Positions 1-9,304 of a stretch of 64,000 nt of DNA are shown piece by piece. The DNA comes from a virus, in the IMG/VR virus record IMGVR_UViG_3300025141_000025, positions 64,001 to 128,000 of that record; one strand, written 5' to 3'. A program made the translations under genes and the position numbers. Numbering within the stretch: the first letter of the stretch is position 1; each line of letters starts with the position of its first letter. The notes under the pieces were generated by a model, which saw nothing but the letters and a program-made list of their open reading frames with translations, was not told the origin of the DNA and did no database searches.

Positions 1-636
1 TGGTTTAAATCCAGAAGGAAGAATATCCTGCGTTAGCATTTTATAAAAATCATCACAATATTTTTCCGAATCTCCCATGGCAGCCATGGCCATTACAGAC
101 CCTTCTTGGCCACCTCGAGGCCAGCCATTCTGTAGTTTGAAAATATATCTCGTAATTCTAGACCACACACCCCCAATATTGATTTCATTTGGCCTGAATG
201 TTTTTACATGTTGCATTGAATTTTGTTTTCCATGCCAAATAGTACATGCTGATTCTCCGGCATTGGCATCTTCGACACCTCCACCGTCCATTGTTAAAAC
301 AATTGCCTCATCAATATTACTTGAATAAAAAGCATTCGCGGCATGTGCCCTATGATGTGAGAAAAAATGAAACTTTCCACCATTTTCTTTTACCAACTGT
401 TGCGCTTTTTTATAGGACTCTTCATACCCCTCGGCTTTTCTTTTTGGATACACAGATGCAATGTGTGTAACCTCACATGCATCTTCATTCGCCCTGTCAA
501 ACATAAAAGAAATTGCATCTCCAGGAGGACATTTTTCTCTATTGTATCTTTCATACTCAGCATGAATAAGCGGTTTACCATCGTCTAAAATTACAAATGA
601 GCTGTCGTGCCCACACCAAATTCCTGCTATTTTCAT
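1..636 (-). CDS. Carbamoyltransferase, CmcH/NodU/TobZ family (N-terminal part; runs off the window edge)
   Basis: Not in ORF track. Manual translation from ATG at 636: MKIAGIWCGHDSSFVILDDGKPLIHAEYERYNREK...SHHRAHAANAFYSS..EAIVLTMDGGG...EGSVMAMAAMG. GHD, ER, HHxAH and DGxG motifs fit the family. Confidence 0.85.
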   Translation of the reverse strand, partial: MKIAGIWCGHDSSFVILDDGKPLIHAEYERYNREKCPPGDAISFMFDRANEDACEVTHIASVYPKRKAEGYEESYKKAQQLVKENGGKFHFFSHHRAHAANAFYSSNIDEAIVLTMDGGGVEDANAGESACTIWHGKQNSMQHVKTFRPNEINIGGVWSRITRYIFKLQNGWPRGGQEGSVMAMAAMGDSEKYCDDFYKMLTQDILPSGFKP

Positions 637-637
637 A

Positions 638-1009
638 TTAATCACCTTTTATAATTCTATAACTGTCTTCATCAAAATGTTTTGTTGAAAATTCAAAAAG
701 TTCAGTGTCTTGAAGGGCAATCATTTGATGCCGCAATCCTTTGTACACATGAAAATTATCGCCTTGTTCTAAGATAACAGACTCAGCTTTTTCAATGTCA
801 TCCTGTTCTGAAAACAGAACTTTAATTTTTCCTGTTTGTACATAAAATACTTCATCTTTAATTTTATGATAATGCCAAGAGCATTTTTTTCCTTTCACAA
901 AATAAAGTAGTTTTCCACAGTATTCATCACAATTAACGATCCATTTTTCGAAACCCCACCCCTTCGAAACAAAATGTATGTTTATTTTTGTTTTATCAAA
1001 GCATTTCAT
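638..1009 (-). CDS. Cupin-domain protein (sugar isomerase-like)
   Basis: KGWGFEKWI, CSWHYHKIKDEVFYV and HQM cupin metal-binding motifs. Confidence 0.75.
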   Translation of the reverse strand: MKCFDKTKINIHFVSKGWGFEKWIVNCDEYCGKLLYFVKGKKCSWHYHKIKDEVFYVQTGKIKVLFSEQDDIEKAESVILEQGDNFHVYKGLRHQMIALQDTELFEFSTKHFDEDSYRIIKGD

Positions 1010-1778
1010 TTTTTAGATCCTCTAATGAAACATTATACACACCTAGGTGACGAACTGAAATTCCTGCACAAACATTTGCAAACTTAATAGCCTCTTCCAC
1101 ATCATCACATGATAAAAGCTTTACCGCAAACGATGCCAAAAAAGAATCTCCAGCGCCACAGACATCAAAAACATCTTGAATCTGGGAAGCAGGAAATACC
1201 TTTCCATTCCACATCGCCCCTTTCTCCCCAAGTGTTGTGATTAATTGACTCGATGACGGTATAGATTCAGCTTTTTGTGTTTCCTGTTCATTAATTTTTA
1301 TAAAACAATTCTCGTAACAAGATAAATCTTTCTTTTTGCTATCAACAAAAATTGGTTTTGGTAAAATAGGTAGTAGATTACTAAGCAGATTTGCGGGTAA
1401 AAATCCCTTATTATAATCTGATATTACTGTTGCATCAAATGTATTTTGAGATAAGTGGTTCTCAATTGCTTTTATTTCAGCTGGATCACAACTATCGTTA
1501 GAATCAACCCTTAAAATTTGTTGTGAAAAGCGCTCATCAATAAATCTTTCTTTTATAATTTTGTTTGTGTTAGAAATTACAGTTACGCCATGGCCTAGGC
1601 TTTTTATGTTTAAAGCAACATTCGTTGCCATTCCAGGCTTTGACATGACCCTAGACTGTTTCAATATTGGAACAGGGGCTTCAACACTCATTCTTTCACA
1701 CCTACCAAACCTATACAGGTCTATGCAGGTCTCACCGAGGACCAATATGTTTAATAATTTTTGTTGTTGAGTATCCAT
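996..1778 (-). CDS. Heptose-7-phosphate kinase, RfaE/HldE domain I (PfkB family)
   Basis: RMSVEAPVPI, GMATNVALN, ISDYNKG, KINEQE, DVCGAGDSF. Confidence 0.85.
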   Translation of the reverse strand: MDTQQQKLLNILVLGETCIDLYRFGRCERMSVEAPVPILKQSRVMSKPGMATNVALNIKSLGHGVTVISNTNKIIKERFIDERFSQQILRVDSNDSCDPAEIKAIENHLSQNTFDATVISDYNKGFLPANLLSNLLPILPKPIFVDSKKKDLSCYENCFIKINEQETQKAESIPSSSQLITTLGEKGAMWNGKVFPASQIQDVFDVCGAGDSFLASFAVKLLSCDDVEEAIKFANVCAGISVRHLGVYNVSLEDLKNEML

Positions 1779-2133
1779 CTATAAATCCAAAAATTCTAAC
1801 CTCGGCCAAATCTGAACCAATTACATCCTCGGGTTTGTAATCACCGCCTTTTACAATGATGTCAGGTTTGATTTGTTTTATTAATTTATGCGGGGTATCT
1901 TCATCAAAAATCACCACCTCATCTACACACCTTAGCTCTTCTAAGATTGCTCTTCTGTCATTTTGCGATATTATAGGCCTCTTTGACCCCTTTAGGCGCC
2001 GGACGCTTTCATCGCTATTAAGGCCAACAATTACCCACCGACCGATACTTCTGCAGTACTTTAAAAGTTCAATATGTCCCCTGTGGAGAATATCAAAACA
2101 GCCGTTGGTAAATATGATTTTTATATCATTCAA
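1732..2133 (-). CDS. Heptose-1-phosphate adenylyltransferase, RfaE/HldE domain II
   Basis: FTNGCFDILHRGH, VGLNSDESVRRLKG.RP, VKGGDY, GYSTTKII. Confidence 0.9.
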   Translation of the reverse strand: MNDIKIIFTNGCFDILHRGHIELLKYCRSIGRWVIVGLNSDESVRRLKGSKRPIISQNDRRAILEELRCVDEVVIFDEDTPHKLIKQIKPDIIVKGGDYKPEDVIGSDLAEVRIFGFIDGYSTTKIIKHIGPR

Positions 2134-3104
2134 ATTTTCTCAATCCAATATTGCAATAAACCCTGTAATGTATCATCAATCGCAACCTCTGGGTGCCAGC
2201 CTGTTAACTCTGACAATTCTGTTGAATCGCCATGCTGGTAATGTATATCAATTGGCCTGTAAAACGGTGCATGAATTTCCTGCTTGACATCTTTTAGACC
2301 TGATAGTTCTATTAGTTTATCGGCAAAATATTGCATTTTTCTGGGTGTGTCGCCACAAACATTAAACACCTTTCCCATACAATCATCATTTTTCATTGCC
2401 AAATAATACGCACGAACTGTGTCTTTTACGTCAATTACGACTCTTACCGATTCCAAATTACCGATAAGCAATGTCTTTTCCTGTAATCCTTTAACCATTC
2501 TAGCAATCTGGTATGCATCGGAAGATATTGAAAAATTCTTGCCGCGGCGTGTTCCTGTATGACTAAATGCCCGGGTAATAAAGCCTGTAATTTTCCCGTT
2601 CTCCATCCTTTCTTGCATGTACAAATCTATTGCTGCCTTGGATGCACCGTATGGGTTGGCTGGTAAAATCGTGTCTGTTATCTGAATTTTTCTTCCATCT
2701 TGTCCAACATTACCATACACTTCTGATGTTGAACAAAACATTAGCCTACAATCGGGTTGATAATCTTCAATTGCCTGTATCAGATTCATGGATCCCATTA
2801 CATTAGTTTCAAATGTTCCTAATGGATCGATAAAACTAGTTGGTGGATGTGACTGGGCTGCTAGGTGAAAAACTCCGTCAAACTTATCTTGACGAAAAAC
2901 ATTATTTATGGCGCGATAATGAGTCAAATCAGCATAAATAAATTTTATTGCAGAGAAAACTTCGTCATTTACCACATCCCTAATGTCATTCTCTGTTCCA
3001 TTGCTACAGCGAACCAGTCCATATACCTCATGCCCCTCAGCATGCAGTAGGTTTGCCAAATGAGGACCTGCAAAACCTGTAATACCGGTTATCAAATACT
3101 TCAA
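2130..3104 (-). CDS. GDP-mannose 4,6-dehydratase/Rmd-like SDR enzyme
   Basis: LITGITGFAG, HLAAQSH, STSEVYG, PYGASK, GNLESVR. Likely TTG start at 3104 (ORF open to 3137). Confidence 0.85.
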   Translation of the reverse strand: MKYLITGITGFAGPHLANLLHAEGHEVYGLVRCSNGTENDIRDVVNDEVFSAIKFIYADLTHYRAINNVFRQDKFDGVFHLAAQSHPPTSFIDPLGTFETNVMGSMNLIQAIEDYQPDCRLMFCSTSEVYGNVGQDGRKIQITDTILPANPYGASKAAIDLYMQERMENGKITGFITRAFSHTGTRRGKNFSISSDAYQIARMVKGLQEKTLLIGNLESVRVVIDVKDTVRAYYLAMKNDDCMGKVFNVCGDTPRKMQYFADKLIELSGLKDVKQEIHAPFYRPIDIHYQHGDSTELSELTGWHPEVAIDDTLQGLLQYWIEKI

Positions 3105-3105
3105 T

Positions 3106-3954
3106 TTAAATCTCCAAAACTTTGTTAATTCTAACAACTATCTCTTCATAATATAACGATTTAGAGTCAGCTGTACATTGCTCACAGTGGACTTTCATAC
3201 CGCAAGGGCCATGGCCACTGTCGTTAGCCCAAATTACCTCATGACCGTTGTAACTAGTTAATCTTGGGTGTATAAATCCGCTTACAACTATTACACACGG
3301 CGTGTCAAATGCTGTTGCGGCGTGAACTAGGCCACCCTCTGAACCTATAAAACATTTCGATTTACCTACTACACCTGCCGCCTGCCTAAATGTTGTTGTG
3401 CCTGTTAAATTAACAACCCCATCAAGTACAGGTGCTCCTGCAGATCCTAATTGCACAACTTTCACCTTATCCCGGATTGAATTAACTACCTTTTGCCAAG
3501 TTTCAAATTGATCAAATTTATTTTTGGTATACTCTTTGTTGCAGGACGGATCTATTGTCACAAATGGTACATCTATTTTATAAGATTCCAAAAGCTCTTC
3601 AATAAAAACTTCTTCATTTTCTGTTAGAAAAATATCACAGCGCAATTCTGGATTATCAATCCCAAACTTTTCACAAATTTGTTCAATGATGTGCCTGTCA
3701 TACCTATGATACGCACGTTCTGGAGTGTCTTTTTTACAGTAGTTTGTATCAGGGTGATTTAATTGAAGAGGAAAACAAAACGTAGCCGCATCAGGAAAAC
3801 TTTGTAAAAAATTAGGATTATTATGAAATATTTCTGACTTTATTGGTTTTATCAATTGACCGTGTTGTTCAAAAGGAAAAACTTTAATTCCTTGTATTCT
3901 TGCACAAATCTCCCGCGCCGCAGCTGTCCAAGTAAGGTACCCACCCAATCCCAT
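3106..3954 (-). CDS. GT9 (heptosyltransferase-like) glycosyltransferase
   Basis: MGLGGYL, VNLTGTTTFRQAA, FIGSEGGLVHAATAFDTPCV. Confidence 0.75.
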   Translation of the reverse strand: MGLGGYLTWTAAAREICARIQGIKVFPFEQHGQLIKPIKSEIFHNNPNFLQSFPDAATFCFPLQLNHPDTNYCKKDTPERAYHRYDRHIIEQICEKFGIDNPELRCDIFLTENEEVFIEELLESYKIDVPFVTIDPSCNKEYTKNKFDQFETWQKVVNSIRDKVKVVQLGSAGAPVLDGVVNLTGTTTFRQAAGVVGKSKCFIGSEGGLVHAATAFDTPCVIVVSGFIHPRLTSYNGHEVIWANDSGHGPCGMKVHCEQCTADSKSLYYEEIVVRINKVLEI

Positions 3955-3955
3955 G

Positions 3956-4585
3956 TTATTTTTCCTCTTTTATTTGTATGACAATGCCCTCCCAATCAGA
4001 CAATACCTGAAACTGTGTATTTGGGTATAAAGTTCCTGGAGGCATGCCAATATAAGAGACTGTGTATTGTGTATTTTTATCTTCTAAGCTTGAAATAAAA
4101 TCATCAACTGCCTTTTTTACGCCAGCGAATGCGCCATAATCATCAAACACAAAAGTCTTGACACCTGCATTAATGCAATTTTGAATATCTATATTTGCGT
4201 GATGTTCATCGTGAATGGCATCTATCACTGCGGCATCGAAATTATTTTTCTTCATATAATCTTCAAATTTTGAAGAATACAAATCCCAATCTGCCACAGT
4301 TACATTTTCATGACCAAGCCCTTCTATCATTTCACAGTTTTTCTTATCTATGTCAATAGAAAAAATTGTTTTCGCCATTGAAGATAAAAAATGAGTTGTA
4401 TGGCCCTGGGCAGCACCAATTTCAATCCATTTTAGCTTATTTTTTCCCGACAGCACTTGAGCTAATCCTAGCTTGAAAACATGACTAGTTGTTGTTTTCC
4501 ACTGCGATTTATCCGGAATTTCAGAAAATTTTGCAACTGCATTTGCGACATCTTGTAAATTAATCATTGTCATTTTTAACCTCAT
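3956..4585 (-). CDS. Class I SAM-dependent methyltransferase
   Basis: WIEIGAAQGHTT, SIDID, IDAIH, FDDYG. Confidence 0.7.
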   Translation of the reverse strand: MRLKMTMINLQDVANAVAKFSEIPDKSQWKTTTSHVFKLGLAQVLSGKNKLKWIEIGAAQGHTTHFLSSMAKTIFSIDIDKKNCEMIEGLGHENVTVADWDLYSSKFEDYMKKNNFDAAVIDAIHDEHHANIDIQNCINAGVKTFVFDDYGAFAGVKKAVDDFISSLEDKNTQYTVSYIGMPPGTLYPNTQFQVLSDWEGIVIQIKEEK

Positions 4586-5483
4586 TCAAAAAATTTTCAT
4601 AAACCTGTCCCACCGTGTCAATACACAAATAATCGGATTCTATGTCAATTTTTTTTAGTTCAATTTTTGGATAATTTATATTTGGAGGATTTTCATAATC
4701 CAACAAAGAAAAATCATAGTCCCACTGTTCGGCAATTTCTATGCCATTTTTTCTCACAACTTCCCTTGTGCCTCCTGAATTCGTGTGAATCACCGGAACA
4801 CCTTTGGAAATTGCCTCAACAACCGTATTTGGAAAATGATCCAACCACGCTAAATGAATCATCCAGTTAGACATTGCGTATACCTGCATTAGAATATCAT
4901 GTGATAAATCACCAAAATAAAAAATGCCAGGATGATTAATTACGTAATCCGGATTTCCACCACACACAAGTAGGCATGAATTCGTGTTTGTATTTTGTAA
5001 TTGCAAAAACAGCTCTACATTTTCTTTTAGCCTTTTTTGCCTATGCCAGTTTGCTGCACACACAAATATTGTCTTGAATCTATTTTTAATTTCTAACAAT
5101 TTGGGATGTGCTACAGGTGTCTCAGCGATTATAATACCATTTCCGATTACACTTCCATGTTTGTCACCCCAACACTTAGTAATCATTGTCTTGTCAAACT
5201 GTGTTTGCCAGATAACGGCGGTGGCGGCATCATATGTTCTTTTTATTCCCGCATTCTTTTCTAGGAATTCCTCAGGTTTGAACCAAATGCCATCTAGGCG
5301 CTGAATTAGTTTGGCATTTTTATTTTTTTGATGCTGCTGTTCTATAAATGCCAAGTGTATATCACATTCATTTGGACCGCAAATTTCATGACCCTTTTTG
5401 TTCAAATTTTCAGCCAACCTGAAGGCGAAAGAATTAGGGCCTGATCTGCTAGAAAAATTTACATTATCAAAAAATATCTTCAT
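4560..5483 (-). CDS. GT4-family glycosyltransferase
   Basis: SGPNSF N-terminus; DHFPNTVVEAISKGVPVIHTNSGGTREVV. Confidence 0.85.
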   Translation of the reverse strand: MKIFFDNVNFSSRSGPNSFAFRLAENLNKKGHEICGPNECDIHLAFIEQQHQKNKNAKLIQRLDGIWFKPEEFLEKNAGIKRTYDAATAVIWQTQFDKTMITKCWGDKHGSVIGNGIIIAETPVAHPKLLEIKNRFKTIFVCAANWHRQKRLKENVELFLQLQNTNTNSCLLVCGGNPDYVINHPGIFYFGDLSHDILMQVYAMSNWMIHLAWLDHFPNTVVEAISKGVPVIHTNSGGTREVVRKNGIEIAEQWDYDFSLLDYENPPNINYPKIELKKIDIESDYLCIDTVGQVYENFLNEVKNDND

Positions 5484-5484
5484 G

Positions 5485-6534
5485 CTATTCCATTTCCGCG
5501 ATTATATTTTTAGCAGACATTGCTGCTTTTACGCATGTATCAATTTTTCCTGAAAATATATTAATAATTTTTGGACCCACCTTCGATACAATCGTAGGAC
5601 GACCGTCAGTATCATCCATGTGAGGAAGTACAGCACGGACAGTAAACATGGATCCTTGATATTTTGCGAATTCTAAACTTGGAATATATTCTTTACCTGT
5701 TTCTATAAATTTATTCCAATTTGTCACTGTTGGATTTTCAACAATACCCATATTCAAATCCTTTTTTATCTTTGTCGAAACACGTGGTTTTTTACCTATA
5801 TTAGTAGAGTGAATCGCATGCACAACATTTCCCAAAAGTGACAATCCTGATTTTCCATATGGATCTACACACATAAAAGGACCATCCATCACAACTATAC
5901 TTTTGTTGATCATAGGTTCAGGCATTTTAACTAAAATTTTTTCACAAACTTCAAACTGGTATGTTCTCCTACGGGTCCTTTCTAGGAGTTCATTAATATT
6001 GGCATATGTGCAATTCAAAACAACATCAAAATGATTGATGTCTTTTTTTGTGAACCTTTTCATAAAATGATAATCTACGCTAGAAGTTGTAAGCTTCTTC
6101 CAGCAAATATCATATACGCTACTGTAGTCAAGTATACTTTCCTTTACCTTGACAGTAAGGGCAATTTTTTCATTATTTACATGCGAAAAATTATCAACTA
6201 TTTCATGTTCTAACTTGAATTTATTACAAAAATTCAAATACTCTTCTGCGGAGGTCATGCTATTTTCTTTAGAAATACAATAAAAATGTTCATGGCATTT
6301 CACAACTGCATCTTGATATTCACTTTCAAAAAAATCAATTGAATCTAGCAGGTCTTTTACTGTGTCAGGACTTCTTGGGTAATGATAACCCCTGTGTAAC
6401 CTTAATTGATTTACACGGCTGGCGGCTGTCATAATACCACTACGCTCTTCATAAAGAGATACTTCATGGTTTTTAGACAACCTAATGGCTGCAGTCAAGC
6501 CAAATATTCCTGCGCCGACGACCGCTATTTTCAT
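5485..6534 (-). CDS. FAD-dependent oxidoreductase
   Basis: MKIAVVGAGIFG Rossmann motif; ASRVNQLRLHRGYHYPRS. Confidence 0.8.
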   Translation of the reverse strand: MKIAVVGAGIFGLTAAIRLSKNHEVSLYEERSGIMTAASRVNQLRLHRGYHYPRSPDTVKDLLDSIDFFESEYQDAVVKCHEHFYCISKENSMTSAEEYLNFCNKFKLEHEIVDNFSHVNNEKIALTVKVKESILDYSSVYDICWKKLTTSSVDYHFMKRFTKKDINHFDVVLNCTYANINELLERTRRRTYQFEVCEKILVKMPEPMINKSIVVMDGPFMCVDPYGKSGLSLLGNVVHAIHSTNIGKKPRVSTKIKKDLNMGIVENPTVTNWNKFIETGKEYIPSLEFAKYQGSMFTVRAVLPHMDDTDGRPTIVSKVGPKIINIFSGKIDTCVKAAMSAKNIIAEME

Positions 6535-7382
6535 TTGTGCACCTTTTTAATGTCAGAGATGGTATTGTTGACTAACTCAACAATAGAAAAATTTGTGTCA
6601 TGGTTCGAATCTATTATTATAGATTCCATTTTTTTTATTTGCCTAGACAATAAATCACCTGTATCCGTAAAAATTACTGTATTTTTATATGTAATTTTTC
6701 CTGGTTCCCATTCGTAGGTTCCATTTTGTGTCTCAGCTAACATTTTTAAGCTTTTATCAACCTTAGAAACCCTATTTGTGTTAATTGTTATATTTGTAGC
6801 TGCTGATTTACAATTTGCGCTAAATATATTTTCTGAAATGTCAACGTCATTAATTTCGATGGGATACTTGAGCAATTTCAAAAGAATTGATAATTGGTGT
6901 GAGACTAAATTATCAATGATATTATTATCAAAGGAGCCCCACTTATTCCAATTTAATTGAATACTGGTAATTTTTTTTGTACGTAATTCACGTGCTAAAA
7001 AACACAGTGCCCTGTCTTCTGAATAGATATAATTCACATAACAGGCAAGACCTGTAGATCTCGCTAAATTTTTTAGTTCATGAATTTCATGTATGTTTGT
7101 TGCGCCAGGCTTTTCAATGAAAACATTTTTACCTGCTAGGATAGCATTTTTGGCATTATGGAATAGGTCATTTATTGGAACAGCAACAGCAACTATATCA
7201 ATATTTTTGTCTGCCAGCATTTCTTTAGTACTACATGCATGAACATTCATTTCATGATGAATTAATTCATTTTTTGTTTTTTCAATATTACGAGATGTAA
7301 CTGCAACTAATACGGCATTTTTATCAATTGATTTTGCTAGTTTTTTGCCCCACTTACCAAATCCAAGAATCCCCCATTTCAT
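6531..7382 (-). CDS. Gfo/Idh/MocA family oxidoreductase
   Basis: GILGFGKWG; AGKNVFIEKP. Confidence 0.8.
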   Translation of the reverse strand: MKWGILGFGKWGKKLAKSIDKNAVLVAVTSRNIEKTKNELIHHEMNVHACSTKEMLADKNIDIVAVAVPINDLFHNAKNAILAGKNVFIEKPGATNIHEIHELKNLARSTGLACYVNYIYSEDRALCFLARELRTKKITSIQLNWNKWGSFDNNIIDNLVSHQLSILLKLLKYPIEINDVDISENIFSANCKSAATNITINTNRVSKVDKSLKMLAETQNGTYEWEPGKITYKNTVIFTDTGDLLSRQIKKMESIIIDSNHDTNFSIVELVNNTISDIKKVHK

Positions 7383-8287
7383 GAAATTTCACAAATCGAT
7401 TCAAAATATTTTTTCATACATTCTTTCCAATTATCAGGTGCCAGACCTTCATCATTATTATGAAATTGTTTTGCACGTAATATCTCTGTTAAAGAATCAA
7501 ACGAATCGTATACATGCGTATTACCAACCATTTCAACAGCACCCCCTGATTCGATATGGGCATATGTAGGAAGTTTGCACGCTAAGCTTTCAATGATGTG
7601 ATTTGGGCCAGGATCAAACCTGGAAGCAGAAATATACACATCATACCTACCGAGCTTTTCTCCTAAGTCTTTTCCAAAAGTTGGTGGTAGCAAAATGGAA
7701 TTTTTAAAATTAGCCTTTGTCCTACCAATGTATGAAAAAGTAAAATCCTTATTCTCAGCGATCCAAGTATCTAACATTTCATAAATGTCTTGACCCTTAT
7801 AGGGATTATCAGACCAGTGATGAGTTACAAGATTAATTTTTCCATTATGTATTTTCTCCTGTGGTGAAAAATGAGATTTATTAGTACCTGAATATATTAC
7901 CATATTATCATGGCACATCCAACCTAGGTTACAGTGATAATTCATAATCCATTCTGAAATAAACACTGCTAAATCTACATGTTTACTCGCATAAGAAATA
8001 ATAGGATCTATCGTATTAATATCGCCTTTTCTAGCATCACACTCGTTGATTCTATAAACGATCTTTGTGTTTGGTTTTGCAGTTTTAAAAGCCTCTATTT
8101 CACGAATTGACACACCGGTTTGGTCATACCTGGGATCTATCATGAATATGATGTCAACGTCATCAGTAAGTTTATTTGTTGGGTTGATTTCATAATCGGG
8201 CGCATATTGATACAGTGCCTTGACAAAATTATTACCTCCGCCCCAGGGTCCCGAAACAGGTGCACGATTAATGTACATTTTTTTCAT
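7379..8287 (-). CDS. GT4-like glycosyltransferase
   Basis: GPWGGGNNF; YISASRFDPGPNHIIESLACKLP. Confidence 0.75.
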   Translation of the reverse strand: MKKMYINRAPVSGPWGGGNNFVKALYQYAPDYEINPTNKLTDDVDIIFMIDPRYDQTGVSIREIEAFKTAKPNTKIVYRINECDARKGDINTIDPIISYASKHVDLAVFISEWIMNYHCNLGWMCHDNMVIYSGTNKSHFSPQEKIHNGKINLVTHHWSDNPYKGQDIYEMLDTWIAENKDFTFSYIGRTKANFKNSILLPPTFGKDLGEKLGRYDVYISASRFDPGPNHIIESLACKLPTYAHIESGGAVEMVGNTHVYDSFDSLTEILRAKQFHNNDEGLAPDNWKECMKKYFESICEIS

Positions 8288-8296
8288 TGTAAAGAT

Positions 8297-9304
8297 TTAC
8301 CTCACACCAAAAGGTTTAGTGATCTTGCCGTTAACATCAAGTAGAAAAGATAGCTTTTTATTGATTTGTGAGCAGATCTTTTTGTCAAATTCAGGATCAT
8401 TCGTTGCCTCTTTAATTGACTGGAATTTCTGGGTTGCAAAATTATAGTGTCCACAAATTTTTGTCGCATCAAGTTGCGTTGGCTTTTTCTTTACCCACTT
8501 CTTCCATTTTTTAGACTCATAACAAAGCTTGATAAATTCTTTTTTTAGTTCTGGGTGATCTTGTAAAATATCCAACACACAGCTGGTTTCAATGACCCCA
8601 AACTCCGGAGCAATATTAAAACTGTCGACACCACAGTTAGCACGTAATTCAAAGTCCTCTAACATCAAGTAATCGCTATTATGTTCTTTTGCACGTAAAC
8701 CAAAATCATGTACTATATTGCACATTTCAGTTGAAATTTTTTCATCAAATTTTCCAATATTTCCGCTAGCTAAAACCTGGGTACCTGATTGGACAACACC
8801 ATACACAACTCGCTTAAACAGGTTTGGCGACTTTTTTCTAACGCCTTCTAAGAAATTATGAAGCTCCGTAGGTGTATACGGAAATATTGCCGACTCAGTT
8901 CCAATTTCAAAAAAGGCGTTACCATTATCTACGGCAAATTTCATTAAATCATGTGTTTTTATGATTGCCTCATCTACATTTTTGACCTCTTTCCATGGAT
9001 CGATATGAATAAAAATAATTCCTGATTTGAGGTCTGCCTTTATAGATTGCAAACCATCATCTTTTTCTTTTCCTTGGCCCGGGCCTGCATGATCCCTCAA
9101 TATCGTTGGACCCTTGCACGCTTTTGAAAATTCTTCCGTGGTCCAATTATTCACATATCCACCACCTAATTCAACAGTTTCTATTTGTCGTCTTGAAGGG
9201 ACAAAACCGAAAATGTTCAATTTTCTATTAGCACGCATAACACATGCGGCCACGTTTTTGGTCATCGGACCGATAAAAAAGCGTTTGTGTAGTTTATTTT
9301 TCAT
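8297..9304 (-). CDS. TIM-barrel sugar enzyme, GatZ/KbaZ (tagatose-6-P kinase/epimerase)-like
   Basis: FIGPM, SRRQI...GGY, RDHAGP, IHIDP, EIGTE, KEHNSDY, NIAPEFG. Confidence 0.55.
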   Translation of the reverse strand: MKNKLHKRFFIGPMTKNVAACVMRANRKLNIFGFVPSRRQIETVELGGGYVNNWTTEEFSKACKGPTILRDHAGPGQGKEKDDGLQSIKADLKSGIIFIHIDPWKEVKNVDEAIIKTHDLMKFAVDNGNAFFEIGTESAIFPYTPTELHNFLEGVRKKSPNLFKRVVYGVVQSGTQVLASGNIGKFDEKISTEMCNIVHDFGLRAKEHNSDYLMLEDFELRANCGVDSFNIAPEFGVIETSCVLDILQDHPELKKEFIKLCYESKKWKKWVKKKPTQLDATKICGHYNFATQKFQSIKEATNDPEFDKKICSQINKKLSFLLDVNGKITKPFGVR

